Shown piece after piece: positions 17,789 to 29,754 of a stretch of 64,000 nucleotides of DNA. Position 1 is the stretch's first letter, and each line of letters begins with the position of its first letter. Under the pieces are notes generated by a model that saw nothing but the letters and a program-made list of their open reading frames with translations, was not told the origin of the DNA and searched no databases. This stretch comes from Alphaproteobacteria bacterium. Lineage in GTDB: Bacteria > Pseudomonadota > Alphaproteobacteria > UBA828. The position numbers were made by a program, and so were the translations under genes. Location of the stretch: NCBI GenBank assembly GCA_965221125.1, contig CBDCRW010000006.1:320001-384000 (forward strand). The letters are read 5' to 3'.

Positions 17789-19051
17789 CTATCCGAGCTT
17801 CATGTTGTTGACGCCGACGATCCGGTCGTAGAGGAAATAAAGCAGCAGAACGAGGGCGAGCAGGATGACGCCCAACGCCGCGGCCAAGCCCCAGTTCAAC
17901 GTCTCGCTGACGTGAAGGGCGATGATGTTCGAGATGAACGTGCCGGTTCGCCCGCCGACGAGCGCGGGCGTGATGTAGTAGCCGATCGACAGAATAAAGA
18001 CGAGAATGCAGCCGGCGCCGATGCCCGGCACGGTATTGGGCATGTAGACCCGCATGAAGCTGGTAAAGGGCGATGCGCCGAGCGAGCGCGCCGCGCGCAT
18101 GTACGAAGGCGAAATCGTCTTCATCACCGAATAAAGCGGCAGAATCATGAACGGCAAGAGAATGTGCGTCATCGCGACGAACGTGCCGATCTTGTTGTGA
18201 ATCAATTGTAATCGGCCGTCTTCGGAAACGATGCCGGTAAACACCATGAGGTCGTTCAGCACCCCTTCGGACTGGAGCAGGGCGATCCACGCGGTCGTTC
18301 GCACCAGCAGGGAGGTCCAGAACGGCAGCAGCACGAGAATCAGCAGCAGATTGCTGTGACGTGGCGGCAGCGTCGCCAGAAGGAAGGCGATGGGATAACC
18401 CAACAGCAGGCAGAGCACCGTGATGAGCGCGCTCATCCATAACGTGCGGTAGAAGAGGAACAGGTATATTCGTCGTTCCTCCGACTTCCAGGAAATGTCG
18501 CCCTTGTAGTCGACCTGAAGGTCGACCGCCGAGAGGAAATAGCTCTCCGTTACCGCGCTCGATTCCTGGTGTATGAGCCGCCAGGTATCAAGCTCGGCCC
18601 AGCGCTTGTCGATCGCGATGACCTGGTCCTTGAACGGCGCTTCGGTAATGCGCTTGGCCCGCCGCCCCGACTTGCGGAACAGGCTCGTCATGCCGGTCAT
18701 TTCGTAGTTCAGGCGCCGCCCGGCGCGGCCCAGCGTCTTGTCTTTGAACGACTCCTGAATATCCAGGACCAGGGCTTCGTAGACGAACTCGGGCGGCAGT
18801 TCCTCGCTCGCCGGGTCCCAGCTTTGAACGGCCAGCGTCGTGCGGGGAAGGACGGAGGAGACGATCTGGTTGTCGACGCTCCTGAACAGCATGTCGATAA
18901 CGGGAAAGACGAACGCGACCAGCAGGAACGCCAGGATGGGGACGACCAGCAGGAATGCGCGAACGCGCCTGCGCGACGTCGCCCGCCGCAGGCTGCGCTT
19001 CAGCGGCACGCCGTCGGCGGTCCGCAGCGTGCCGTCGGCGGCCGTGGTCAT
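17789..19051 (-). CDS. Polyamine-type ABC permease (PotB-like, large periplasmic loop)
   Basis: LGYPIA, LLPFWTSLLVRT, HILLPFMILPLY, AARSLGA and GYYITPALVGG. Confidence 0.9.
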   Translation of the reverse strand: MTTAADGTLRTADGVPLKRSLRRATSRRRVRAFLLVVPILAFLLVAFVFPVIDMLFRSVDNQIVSSVLPRTTLAVQSWDPASEELPPEFVYEALVLDIQESFKDKTLGRAGRRLNYEMTGMTSLFRKSGRRAKRITEAPFKDQVIAIDKRWAELDTWRLIHQESSAVTESYFLSAVDLQVDYKGDISWKSEERRIYLFLFYRTLWMSALITVLCLLLGYPIAFLLATLPPRHSNLLLILVLLPFWTSLLVRTTAWIALLQSEGVLNDLMVFTGIVSEDGRLQLIHNKIGTFVAMTHILLPFMILPLYSVMKTISPSYMRAARSLGASPFTSFMRVYMPNTVPGIGAGCILVFILSIGYYITPALVGGRTGTFISNIIALHVSETLNWGLAAALGVILLALVLLLYFLYDRIVGVNNMKLG

Positions 19052-19089
19052 GTCAGGCGGGCCGGGGGCCGCTCACGGGCCTCGAAGAA

Positions 19090-19125
19090 GCGGGGACGGG
19101 ACGCGATTGCGCGCCCCGTCCCGCT
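19090..19125 (-). terminator. GC-rich hairpin after the substrate-binding protein gene (mRNA stabiliser/attenuator)
   Basis: gggacggggcgcg-caat-cgcgtcccgtccc on the minus strand, immediately after the SBP stop. No U-tract. Confidence 0.45.
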
Positions 19126-19134
19126 CCGGTTCCG

Positions 19135-20238
19135 CTACTTGGCGAGCCAGGTGTTGAACACCTCGTCGAGCTCTGCCCGGTGGTCGGCCCACCAGACATA
19201 GTCGAAGTCGAAGATGGTCTTGGCGTTGTTGGGATCGGTCGGCATGTGGGGCTTCATGTCGATGCCGAGATCGGCATGGTTGCCCACCAGCGGCGCCGAC
19301 GAGTAGCGGGCCGGACCGTAGGAGATGAACTTGGCCTGGTCGGCCAGCCGCTGCGTGTCGGTGGCGTAGTAGAGATACGCCTTCACCGCCTCGAGATCCT
19401 TGACGCCCACGGGCACCACCCAGCCGTCGAGATCGAACACCTGCCGATCCCACATCATGGCGACGGGCTGGCCCTTTTCCGCAATGAGCGAAAAGAGTCG
19501 GCCGTTGTAGGTCGACCCCATGACAACTTCGCCGTCCGCCAGACGCTGCGGAGTCTCGGCCCCCTTGGACCACCAGATCACCTGATCCTTGATAGTATCC
19601 AGCTTTGCAAGGGCTCGCTCCACGCCCTCAGGTGTGCTGAGCATCGGGTAAACGTCCCCAGGCGCGACGCCATCAGCAAGCAGTGCCCACTCGAGATTGT
19701 TGATGGGCCGGCGCTCCAGCGAGCGCTTGCCGGGGAACTTCTCGAGGTCGAACACGTCGGCGATCGTGGACGGCTGCTCACCCTCGAAGGCATCGGTGCG
19801 GTAGCCGAAGGTCGTGGAATAGACGATCTGCGGGATGAAGCAGTTGGTCCCGCCCGGCGAGAGCGTGCCGGCGAAGAAATCCTCCGACGCGGGCGTACCG
19901 TCGGGTGCCGGCGCCAGCCACGTGTCGGGGTCGATTTCCATGATGAGGCCTTCGTCGCACGCGGTGATCGCGTCGGAGGCGATCATGTCGACGACGTCCC
20001 AGGTGACGTTGCCCGATTCCACTTGGGCCCTTATTTTGGCGAGACCCTCGTTGGCGGAATCGTCGTTGATGATGTTGACGTCCGGATTGGCCGCCATGTA
20101 GGGGTCGTGATAGGCCTTCTGCTGGCTCGCCGTGTAGGCGCCGCCCCACGACACGATCGTGAGGTCGACCGCCTGGGCGCTGCCGGCCGCCATCGCGACG
20201 CCGGCGGCAACCACTGTCGCACTCAACAACACTCTCAT
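19135..20238 (-). CDS. Polyamine-type ABC substrate-binding protein (PotD/PotF-like)
   Basis: Signal peptide MRVLLSAT...AQA; LTIVSWGGAY, WDVVD, FDLEKFPGKR and YNGR. Confidence 0.9.
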   Translation of the reverse strand: MRVLLSATVVAAGVAMAAGSAQAVDLTIVSWGGAYTASQQKAYHDPYMAANPDVNIINDDSANEGLAKIRAQVESGNVTWDVVDMIASDAITACDEGLIMEIDPDTWLAPAPDGTPASEDFFAGTLSPGGTNCFIPQIVYSTTFGYRTDAFEGEQPSTIADVFDLEKFPGKRSLERRPINNLEWALLADGVAPGDVYPMLSTPEGVERALAKLDTIKDQVIWWSKGAETPQRLADGEVVMGSTYNGRLFSLIAEKGQPVAMMWDRQVFDLDGWVVPVGVKDLEAVKAYLYYATDTQRLADQAKFISYGPARYSSAPLVGNHADLGIDMKPHMPTDPNNAKTIFDFDYVWWADHRAELDEVFNTWLAK

Positions 20239-20321
20239 CTTGCTCACTCCCTCTCGTTTGCCGGACATGCCGGCGGGTTCTCAAGCCTCGCATCGGCGGC
20301 GCCGACGCGTCTTGATCCAAA

Positions 20322-21437
20322 TTAGCCGGGCTCGGCTTCCTCGCTTGGCGCGTCCAATGCCCGGCAATCTTCCGCGGCCCAGCCGAGGTTGACGTCCATC
20401 CCTTCGCGCAACGCGGCGTGGCGTTCCGTATTCGGAATCTTCACGACGAACTCGTCGGTTCCCGCGACGGCCAGGCGCGCGCGGATATGGTCTCCGAGAT
20501 AGATCAACTCCTCGACGCGGCCGACGATCGAGTTGTCCACCTCACCGTCCTGGCACGCGACAATCACGCGCTCGGGCCGGAGCGAAAGGGTCGTGCGCGC
20601 GCCCGCCCCTTCGACCCTCACGTTGAGAGCGCGAACGGTGCCGCCGCCGTCCAGATTTACGTCGCAATGCTGGCCCTCGAGGGAATTAACCTTGCCGCAC
20701 AGACGATTGTTCTCGCCGATGAACTGCGCGACGAACGCGTTTTCCGGCTGTTCGTAAAGCGCGCTGGGGCTTGCCAACTGTTGAATGACGCCATCGTTGA
20801 ACACCGCAATACGATTGGACATGGTCAACGCTTCGGACTGGTCGTGCGTGACGTAGACGATGGTAACGCCCAGCTCCTCATGCAGGTGCTTGATCTCGTA
20901 CTGCATCTCCTCCCGCAGGTTCTTGTCCAGGGCGCCGAGCGGCTCGTCCATGAGCACCAGGTCGGGCTCGAACACCAGCGCCCGCGCCACCGCCACCCGC
21001 TGTTGCTGGCCGCCGGACAATTGACCCGGCCTGCGGCCGCCGAAATCCGGCAGGCGAACCATGTCGAGCGCCCGCTTTACTTTCGCCTCGATCTCGGACT
21101 TCCGAAACCTGCGGACCTTCAGAGGAAACGCGAGGTTTTCCGTCACGGTCATGTGCGGAAACAATGCGTAATCCTGAAACACCATGCCGATATTTCGGCG
21201 ATGCGGGGCGACCTTGTTTATGGGGTTTCCGTTCAGGTAAATCTCGCCGTGGGTCGCCGGCTCGAAGCCCGCCAGCATCATCAGGCACGTGGTCTTTCCA
21301 GAGCCGGAGGGACCCAGCATCGTCAGAAACTCGCCGGACTTTATGCTCAAATTGAGGTCTTTTACGACCAGGATTTCGCCGTCGTAGCTCTTTTGAACGC
21401 GGTCGAAGACCACGATATCGGGCGTGTCGACGCTCAT
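20322..21437 (-). CDS. Polyamine-type ABC ATP-binding protein (PotA-like)
   Basis: GPSGSGKT, VFQDYALFPHM, LSGGQQQR, LMDEPLGALD and a C-terminal TOBE domain. Confidence 0.92.
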   Translation of the reverse strand: MSVDTPDIVVFDRVQKSYDGEILVVKDLNLSIKSGEFLTMLGPSGSGKTTCLMMLAGFEPATHGEIYLNGNPINKVAPHRRNIGMVFQDYALFPHMTVTENLAFPLKVRRFRKSEIEAKVKRALDMVRLPDFGGRRPGQLSGGQQQRVAVARALVFEPDLVLMDEPLGALDKNLREEMQYEIKHLHEELGVTIVYVTHDQSEALTMSNRIAVFNDGVIQQLASPSALYEQPENAFVAQFIGENNRLCGKVNSLEGQHCDVNLDGGGTVRALNVRVEGAGARTTLSLRPERVIVACQDGEVDNSIVGRVEELIYLGDHIRARLAVAGTDEFVVKIPNTERHAALREGMDVNLGWAAEDCRALDAPSEEAEPG

Positions 21438-22211
21438 TCGAATACCCGATATCGGGAGCGCGGTCCGCAATTCACCGGTGATCTTCGCCACGTGCCGGCA
21501 ATCTGCGGCGCAAGCCAATACTCTGCCGATGAGAACTCGTTCCGCCCTTGATATTCCCGCGAATTCAGCGGAATTCCGGAGGCGCGATATGTGCCCGGAC
21601 TAGCGCGCACCGGCAACACCCCGGAGCATGTTGACCGAACTCGGGACGCCGGCGCAGGGTCTCGCCGATGCGGCGCGTCGATCCGTTCGGCCAAAAAGAG
21701 CAAGGATTTCGCCGGAAATCAGGCAGACAGTATCGAACTTTTTCCCGACATTAGGATGAAAAAGACATTCGTAATCGGCAAACACATTCCAGGCAAATAA
21801 CCGAGCTTTCCCCCCAATTAATTCGCGCCACAATGGCCTCATGAACCGTACCATTCGTTCTTCCCAAGCCACGGCGGCGTGCTCGACCCTTGATGGATCG
21901 GACAAGCAGCGATCAATCCTGTTCTCTGGCAATTGGGCTGTCAACAGCATTTTCGGAGAGAGTCCCTCTTCAAGCGGTCTTCCGGGGACGGATCGATCGC
22001 GCATCGGCCGCTCGGTCCTTGCGGCGCCCTTCTCCGCCCACCATGTCACCAATTGAGAGCAAGGAGGGCGCACGGCCGATGACGCCCCGGCGGATGCCCC
22101 GCCGCTGCTGCCGGATCACATCGAATAGACGGAGCTGAACGACAGGGAGATCACACCGAGCAGGCCGCCCCGCCCCTGGGCACGCGCGGTGCGGCGACGG
22201 AGACCAGGACC

Positions 22212-23033
22212 ATGGAGTACAAGGACATCGTCGTGCATCTCGGCAAGGATCACCGCTCCGGAGCGCGGCTCGACGCCGCAATCCAGCTGGCCCAGGAGCA
22301 TGACGGCAGGGTGACGGGCGTCTACGTGCTGTCCCGCCGCAACGTCCCCGGATTCATCCTCGCCGAATTTCCGCCGGAAGTCGTGAAGCGGCTGGATACG
22401 GAAGAACGCGCGCACGCCGAAGCGGCCGAGGACGCGTTCCGCGAGCTGACGGCGAGGACCGGCGTGCCCGGCGAATGGCGCCTCGCGAGCGGCGAGTTCG
22501 CCGATGCCATCGTGACCAGCGCCTACTACGCCGACGTCGTCATCGTCGGCCAGACCGACCCGGACGATGACGAGAATCACGCCGGGCTGGCCGAGGACGT
22601 GATGATGGGCGGCGGCGGCCCCGTGCTGATCTGGCCCTATGCCGGCGCCTTCGCCTCCAACCCGGAGACAATCATGCTGGCCTGGAACGGCACGCGCGAG
22701 GCGAAGCACGCGCTCGACGGTGCGCTGCCGCTCATGCAGCACGCGCGCAAGGTGGTGGTCTTCGGCGTCGACCGCTGCGACGGCAAGCACATCCCCGGCG
22801 CCGACGTCAGCGCCCACCTGGCGCGCCACGGGGTGCGAGCGGAGGCCCGGCACACGCTGACCACGCCGGGCATCGGCGTCAGCGACGCCCTGCTCTCGGA
22901 GATCGGCGACCACGGCATCGGCCTCCTCGTCATGGGCGGCTACGGCCACAGCCGCCTGCGGGAGACGCTGCTGGGCGGCGTGACCCGCGACGTGCTGCGC
23001 GAGATGACGGTGCCGGTCCTGATGGCGCATTAG
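22212..23033 (+). CDS. Universal stress protein (tandem Usp domains)
   Basis: YKDIVVHL, ADVVIVGQ, LAWNGTREA and LLVMGGYGHSRLRETLLGGVTR...PVLMAH. Confidence 0.9.
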   Translation: MEYKDIVVHLGKDHRSGARLDAAIQLAQEHDGRVTGVYVLSRRNVPGFILAEFPPEVVKRLDTEERAHAEAAEDAFRELTARTGVPGEWRLASGEFADAIVTSAYYADVVIVGQTDPDDDENHAGLAEDVMMGGGGPVLIWPYAGAFASNPETIMLAWNGTREAKHALDGALPLMQHARKVVVFGVDRCDGKHIPGADVSAHLARHGVRAEARHTLTTPGIGVSDALLSEIGDHGIGLLVMGGYGHSRLRETLLGGVTRDVLREMTVPVLMAH

Positions 23034-23241
23034 CCCGCAATTCTCGCCAAGGTCTTGGCGGGGCGAAGGGTGGGTCAGGACCACACCGCGGGTCAGTCGA
23101 TTTTTGATGGGCCTCTCCCTTAATTTCGGCATTGGGAGTCCTCCGCGCGAACGGCTACATTGCCGCTCTTCCGCGCGCGATCAGGCGCGACACCACGATC
23201 GCGGAGGACGGAACGGACATCCGACAGGACTGGGGCCAGCG

Positions 23242-24087
23242 ATGAGCGAACGCAGCTACTTCACCCCGGTGGCCGGCCTTCCGCCGCAGCAGGCGCTGCT
23301 GACCGACCGCGCGGTGATCACCGAGGCGTACACGATCATTCCGCGCGGCGTGCTGCGCGACATCGTCACCAGCAGCTTCCCGCACTGGCAGGGCACCCGC
23401 GCATGGGTGCTGTCGCGCCCCATCGCAGGGTTCGCGACGACGTTCTCCCAGGCGATCGTCGAGATCGAGCCCGGCGGCGGCAGCGCGCGGCCCGAGCCGG
23501 CCACCTACGTCGAATGCGTGCTGTTCGTCATGGCCGGCCAGGTGCGGCTCACGCTCGACAACGTCGAACACACGCTTGAGCCCGGCGGCTATGCCTACGT
23601 GGCGCCGGCCACGCGCTGGGCGGTCGCGAACACAGGCGACGAGCCCGCCTCCTTCCACTGGATCCGAAAGGCGTATCAGCCCGCTGACGGCATCAACGTG
23701 CCGGAGTGCTTCGTGACCTCCGACCACGACGTGGACCCGGAGCCGATGCCGGACACGGACGGCGCCTGGGCGACGACGCGCTTCGTGGACTCGGACGACC
23801 TGCGCCACGACATGCACGTGAACATCGTGACCTTCCAGCCGGGTGGGGCGATCCCCTTCGCCGAGACCCATGTCATGGAACACGGGCTCTACGTGCTCGA
23901 GGGCAAGGCGGTGTACAGGCTCAACCAGGATTGGGTGGAGGTCGAGGCCGGCGACTACATGTGGCTGCGCGCCTTCTGCCCGCAGGCCTGCTACGCCGGC
24001 GGGCCGGGGCCGTTCCGCTACCTGCTGTACAAGGACGTGAACCGCGTGCCCACGATGCCCGTCCCCGGCGCGCCCGCGCCCGCTTAG
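23242..24087 (+). CDS. allE: (S)-ureidoglycine aminohydrolase (allantoin catabolism bicupin)
   Basis: AYTIIPRGVLRDIVTS, DMHVNIVTFQPG, ETHVMEHGLYVLEG, LRAFCPQACYAGG and YLLYKDVNR. Confidence 0.88.
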   Translation: MSERSYFTPVAGLPPQQALLTDRAVITEAYTIIPRGVLRDIVTSSFPHWQGTRAWVLSRPIAGFATTFSQAIVEIEPGGGSARPEPATYVECVLFVMAGQVRLTLDNVEHTLEPGGYAYVAPATRWAVANTGDEPASFHWIRKAYQPADGINVPECFVTSDHDVDPEPMPDTDGAWATTRFVDSDDLRHDMHVNIVTFQPGGAIPFAETHVMEHGLYVLEGKAVYRLNQDWVEVEAGDYMWLRAFCPQACYAGGPGPFRYLLYKDVNRVPTMPVPGAPAPA

Positions 24088-24160
24088 AGCGTTTCCGCTC
24101 GCCGGACGCACGAGTCAGGAAATTCGGGGGCGTCTTTTACAAGCGAACGCGGACTCTCTA
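24085..24160. repeat. Degenerate TAGAG...CTCTA element related to the 6026/11994 repeats
   Basis: Starts tagagcgtttccg (13 nt identical to 6027-6039) at the allE stop codon and ends actctcta. Confidence 0.5.
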
Positions 24161-24328
24161 TGAGTCTGACGAGCATGACGCATCGGCCAGACGAGCCATG
24201 ACCGATCCCCGCGCGAGCCTTGGACATGTCATCCATCAGCGAACGGCCGAACTGACCCGCGAGCGCCTGAGCGAGGGGTACACGTGGGACGACCGGGAAA
24301 CCCTGCAGGGCTCCGGGGAGCGAACGCC

Positions 24329-25642
24329 GTGACCCCTGGCGAGATCGTCTACCTGGTCTGGAACGATCTCGTGGGCCTGTCGCGGACGCGGGGGCTGCCG
24401 GTCGCGGAGTACGAGCGGCGCAAGGCCCACGGGCTGGGTTGGGCGCTGGCGGGCCAGGCGATGACGCCCTTCGAGGACATCGCGGAGAACCCGTGGGGGC
24501 CGATGGACGAGGTCCGCCAGATTCCCGACGACGGGACGCGGCGGCGGGTCGTGCTGCGGCCCGAGCACCCGGCGCTTCACCTGGTCTTCTGCGACAGCCT
24601 CAACCCCGACGGGAGCCCCTGGGAGTGCTGCACGCGGAGCTTCCTCGCGGCGGCGCTCAAGGACATGAAGGCGGAGACCGGCCTCGAGCTGCACATCGCC
24701 TACGAGAACGAGTTCGCGCTGCACGGCGAGGATCTGCGCTGGGCGGCGCCGTTCTCGCTGGATGCCGCGCGGCGGATCGCGCCGTTCGCCGACCTCTGCG
24801 TCGCCGCCCTGATCGACGCCGAAGCCGGGATCGAGACCTTCGAGCCCGAGTACGGCGTGGGGCAGTTCGAGATCACCTGCGGGCCTGCCGCCGGGCTGGC
24901 GGGCGCCGACCGCGTGGTTCTCACGCGCGAAGTCGTGCACGAGGCGGCGCGGCAGAGCGGCCTGCGCGCCACGTTCTCCCCCAAGCCCGCGCCCGATGCG
25001 GTCGGCAACGGCTGCCACCTTCACGTGAGTTTTCGGGACGCCGACGGGAACGCCGCTGCCCACGACGCGGACGCGCCGGGAGAGCTGAGCGCGGTCGCCG
25101 CCAGCTTCGTCGCGGGCGTGCAAAGCCATGTCGACGCCCTCTGCGCCGTGACCGCGCCGAGCCCCGTTTCCTACCTGCGCTTGGGCCCCCATCACTGGAG
25201 CTGCGGCTACGACATCGTGGGCCTCCAGAACCGCGAGGCGGCCATTCGCATCTGCCCCTCGCCCGCCGCCGATCCGGCGGAGCGCGGCGAGGCCTTCAAC
25301 ATCGAGTTCCGCTTCACCGATTCCACAGCAAGCCCCTACCTCGCCATCGGCGCGATCGTGCGCGCAGGCCTGCAAGGCATCCGCGACGGGCTGCCGCCGC
25401 CCACCCTGGTGGACGGCGAGCCGGACGACCTGAGCGCGGACGAGAGAGAGGCGCGCGGCATCAAGCGGCTCCCCACCTCGCTCGAACAGGCGCTCGAGGC
25501 GTTCGAGGCCGACGAGACGGTGAAGGGCTGGTTCACGCCCACGATGGTGCAGGCCTACACCGCGCTCAAGCGGCACGAGATGCGGCTCTATTCGGAATCG
25601 CGGCCCGAGCGCATGTGCGAGAGATACGTGCAGGTCTACTGA
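24329..25642 (+). CDS. Glutamine synthetase-like (gamma-glutamylamide ligase) protein
   Basis: AYENEF, EPEYGVGQFEI, PKP...GNGCHLHVS, SYLRL, NREAAIR, NIEFR and ASPYL. GTG start follows GGGGAG. Confidence 0.88.
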   Translation: MTPGEIVYLVWNDLVGLSRTRGLPVAEYERRKAHGLGWALAGQAMTPFEDIAENPWGPMDEVRQIPDDGTRRRVVLRPEHPALHLVFCDSLNPDGSPWECCTRSFLAAALKDMKAETGLELHIAYENEFALHGEDLRWAAPFSLDAARRIAPFADLCVAALIDAEAGIETFEPEYGVGQFEITCGPAAGLAGADRVVLTREVVHEAARQSGLRATFSPKPAPDAVGNGCHLHVSFRDADGNAAAHDADAPGELSAVAASFVAGVQSHVDALCAVTAPSPVSYLRLGPHHWSCGYDIVGLQNREAAIRICPSPAADPAERGEAFNIEFRFTDSTASPYLAIGAIVRAGLQGIRDGLPPPTLVDGEPDDLSADEREARGIKRLPTSLEQALEAFEADETVKGWFTPTMVQAYTALKRHEMRLYSESRPERMCERYVQVY

Positions 25643-25710
25643 CGCAATCGAACACGCCGCCGCGGCGGCGACCGCCGGCGAGCGGGCCGCAAGCAAGGGA
25701 GACGACAGCC

Positions 25711-26397
25711 ATGGAGCGCAGCGAAATCGATGCCATTCCCCTGGACGGCGACGTGTCGTTCCGCCAGCGGGCGGTGGAGCCGGCGCGGGCCGCGCTGCTC
25801 GTCATCGACCTGCAGAAGGGCGAGTACGACGCGGAGCGGCGCCCGGAAAACCCGAGGGGCCAGTACATGCACGACCGCGTCCGCGACGTCGTCATCCCCA
25901 ACGGGCAGCGCCTGATCGCCGCCTGCCGGGAGGCCGGCATCGAGGTCATGTACACGGTGATCGAGTGCCTGACGAAGGACGGCCGGGACCGCAGCCTGGA
26001 CTACAAGATTTCCGGCATCTTCGCCGCCAAGGGGTCGCGGGAGGCCGAGGTCCTCGACGAGCTGCGGCCCGGCGACGACGACATCGTCATCCCCAAGACC
26101 TCCTCGAGCCTGTTCAACTCCACCAACTGCGAGTACGTGCTGCGCAACCTCGGCGTCGAGTACGTGATCGTCATGGGGATGTTGACCGACCAGTGCGTCG
26201 AGACCGCCGTCCGCGACGGCTGCGACCGCGGCTTCCTGATGACGCTGGTGGACGACGCCTGCGCCACCTATTCGGAGCAGCGCCACCGCGAGGCCCTGGT
26301 GGGCTTCAGGGGCTACTGCCGGGTCCGCACCACGGACGAGCTGCTGGAAGAGCTGGGGCAGGCGCAGAGCGCACGCGCCGTCGCCGCATCGGCCTGA
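25711..26397 (+). CDS. Isochorismatase-family cysteine hydrolase
   Basis: ALLVIDLQ, IPKTSSSLF, GMLTDQCVETAVRD and DACAT (D-K-C triad). Confidence 0.9.
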   Translation: MERSEIDAIPLDGDVSFRQRAVEPARAALLVIDLQKGEYDAERRPENPRGQYMHDRVRDVVIPNGQRLIAACREAGIEVMYTVIECLTKDGRDRSLDYKISGIFAAKGSREAEVLDELRPGDDDIVIPKTSSSLFNSTNCEYVLRNLGVEYVIVMGMLTDQCVETAVRDGCDRGFLMTLVDDACATYSEQRHREALVGFRGYCRVRTTDELLEELGQAQSARAVAASA

Positions 26398-26508
26398 GGC
26401 GGGGGCGCTTCGGCGCTTGGGGTGTCTGGAACGGCGGCGATCTTGGTGTTATATAGAGCCCGCGTGGGCGTTCCACCGGGAGGTGAGCGGCCAGGACATA
26501 GCGAATGA

Positions 26509-26584
26509 TCCCCGGTAGCTCAGTTGGTAGAGCAAGCGGCTGTTAACCGCTGGGTCGCTGGTTCGAGTCCGGCCCGGGGAGCCA
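26509..26584 (+). tRNA. tRNA-Asn (GTT)
   Basis: TCCCCGG...CCGGGGA acceptor stem, D-arm AGCTCAGTTGGTAGAGC, anticodon arm GCGGC-TGTTAA-CCGC, T-loop GTTCGAGTC and encoded CCA; 76 nt. Confidence 0.97.
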
Positions 26585-26916
26585 CCTTTAGAGGGTAGGT
26601 GTTTGAAAACAAACAGTTTTTAGACCCTGAAGCCTTCTCAGTTCCCCCAGATGTTCCGCCAGCCCGGCGGAACATCTGGGGAGCCGCAGCCTCAACATTC
26701 CGGAGTCGCGTTGGTCGGCAACTTGGCACCACTGTCCGGGGCCGAGGGGAGTCGAACAATCTCAATAACCTATTGATTTTATTGAATGGACTTAACCATT
26801 TCTCAAGACTTCCACCATTCTTCCCACCACTCTCATACGGGAATGTAGGGGCTTTTGCGGAGCATGTCACCACTGTGTCAGTATAGTGCGCTACTTGGAA
26901 CTGCTGGGAGGCAGAG

Positions 26917-27423
26917 GTGTCATTGGAGCGGCGACGGCGGCCAAAGCTGAGTTCATTAGCAATCTTGGGAATGTTGGCGCTGGTCCTCTTGGCGTCAAGG
27001 GCGGCCGGACAGTCTGCCGACGAGAGTACCGCGCGCTTCGAACTCTTCGCGAACTGCTCGCCGATGGACCTATTCATCTCGGTATCGCCTGAGGCCGCCG
27101 AGTTTGGCCTAACGAAGCGGTCCGTCAGGGCAGCCGTCGAGAGCCGGTTGCGTTCCGCTCGTCTCTTTGAACCCGAATTTCCATTCTATCTTGCAGTGAC
27201 GATAAATGTGCTTGAAAATGCATTTTCTATTAACGTAACTTATAATAAATACCTTAGCGACCTTATTTCTGATACTTTTGGGTATGCCGCTACATGGGAA
27301 GATGGATTCATTGGAACACACACAGACGATGCGAGCTTTATTCTGGGTGGTGTATCCCAAGGTATAGATGAATTCTTATTAGAATATCCACGCGCGAACG
27401 AAGAGGCTTGTGCGTCTCGCTAA
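26917..27423 (+). CDS. Hypothetical exported protein, lower GC than flanks
   Basis: Hydrophobic signal-like N-terminus (LAILGMLALVLLASRAAGQ), two Cys near the ends of the mature protein, and AT-rich codons in the 3' half. Confidence 0.6.
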   Translation: MSLERRRRPKLSSLAILGMLALVLLASRAAGQSADESTARFELFANCSPMDLFISVSPEAAEFGLTKRSVRAAVESRLRSARLFEPEFPFYLAVTINVLENAFSINVTYNKYLSDLISDTFGYAATWEDGFIGTHTDDASFILGGVSQGIDEFLLEYPRANEEACASR

Positions 27424-27580
27424 TCGCGCGCTGCTACCACTCCGCTCGGCTATCCCCGTAGGTGAACGACTGCACGCATAGCTGCTAACCGTGCCGGTTG
27501 TAACGCTGACCGCTACTCGTCCGCGACCATCAGGCCCGCCAGGGCGTCCGCCCACGGCGGACGTTCTCCGGGGCTGCCGC

Positions 27581-29551
<1,971 letters not shown>

Positions 29552-29754
29552 GCGGCTCTCCCTTTCCGGCCCTCGGGATCTGGCCGGCACCGGCTGGCCA
29601 CGCGGGAGGCGCAATCCGCCCCTCGGACGGCTTGGGCGCGCGCATGCGTCGCCTGCGCCCGATTCGCGTGATGTGGGGTCGGAGGCTTGCCGGATCAAGC
29701 CCCTCGGTCGCGCCGGAGTCTCTTAGAGACGGGCTATCCTGTCAAGCGCCGCGC

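Noticed and set aside
24439-25710. Apparent long N-terminal extension of the isochorismatase ORF
   Set aside because: It is an alternate frame of the GS-like gene; the real start is ATG 25711 after a GGGAG RBS.
26585-27500. Intact prophage or ICE at tRNA-Asn
   Set aside because: No integrase, phage or conjugation genes, and no clear att duplication; rpoD follows within 1 kb.
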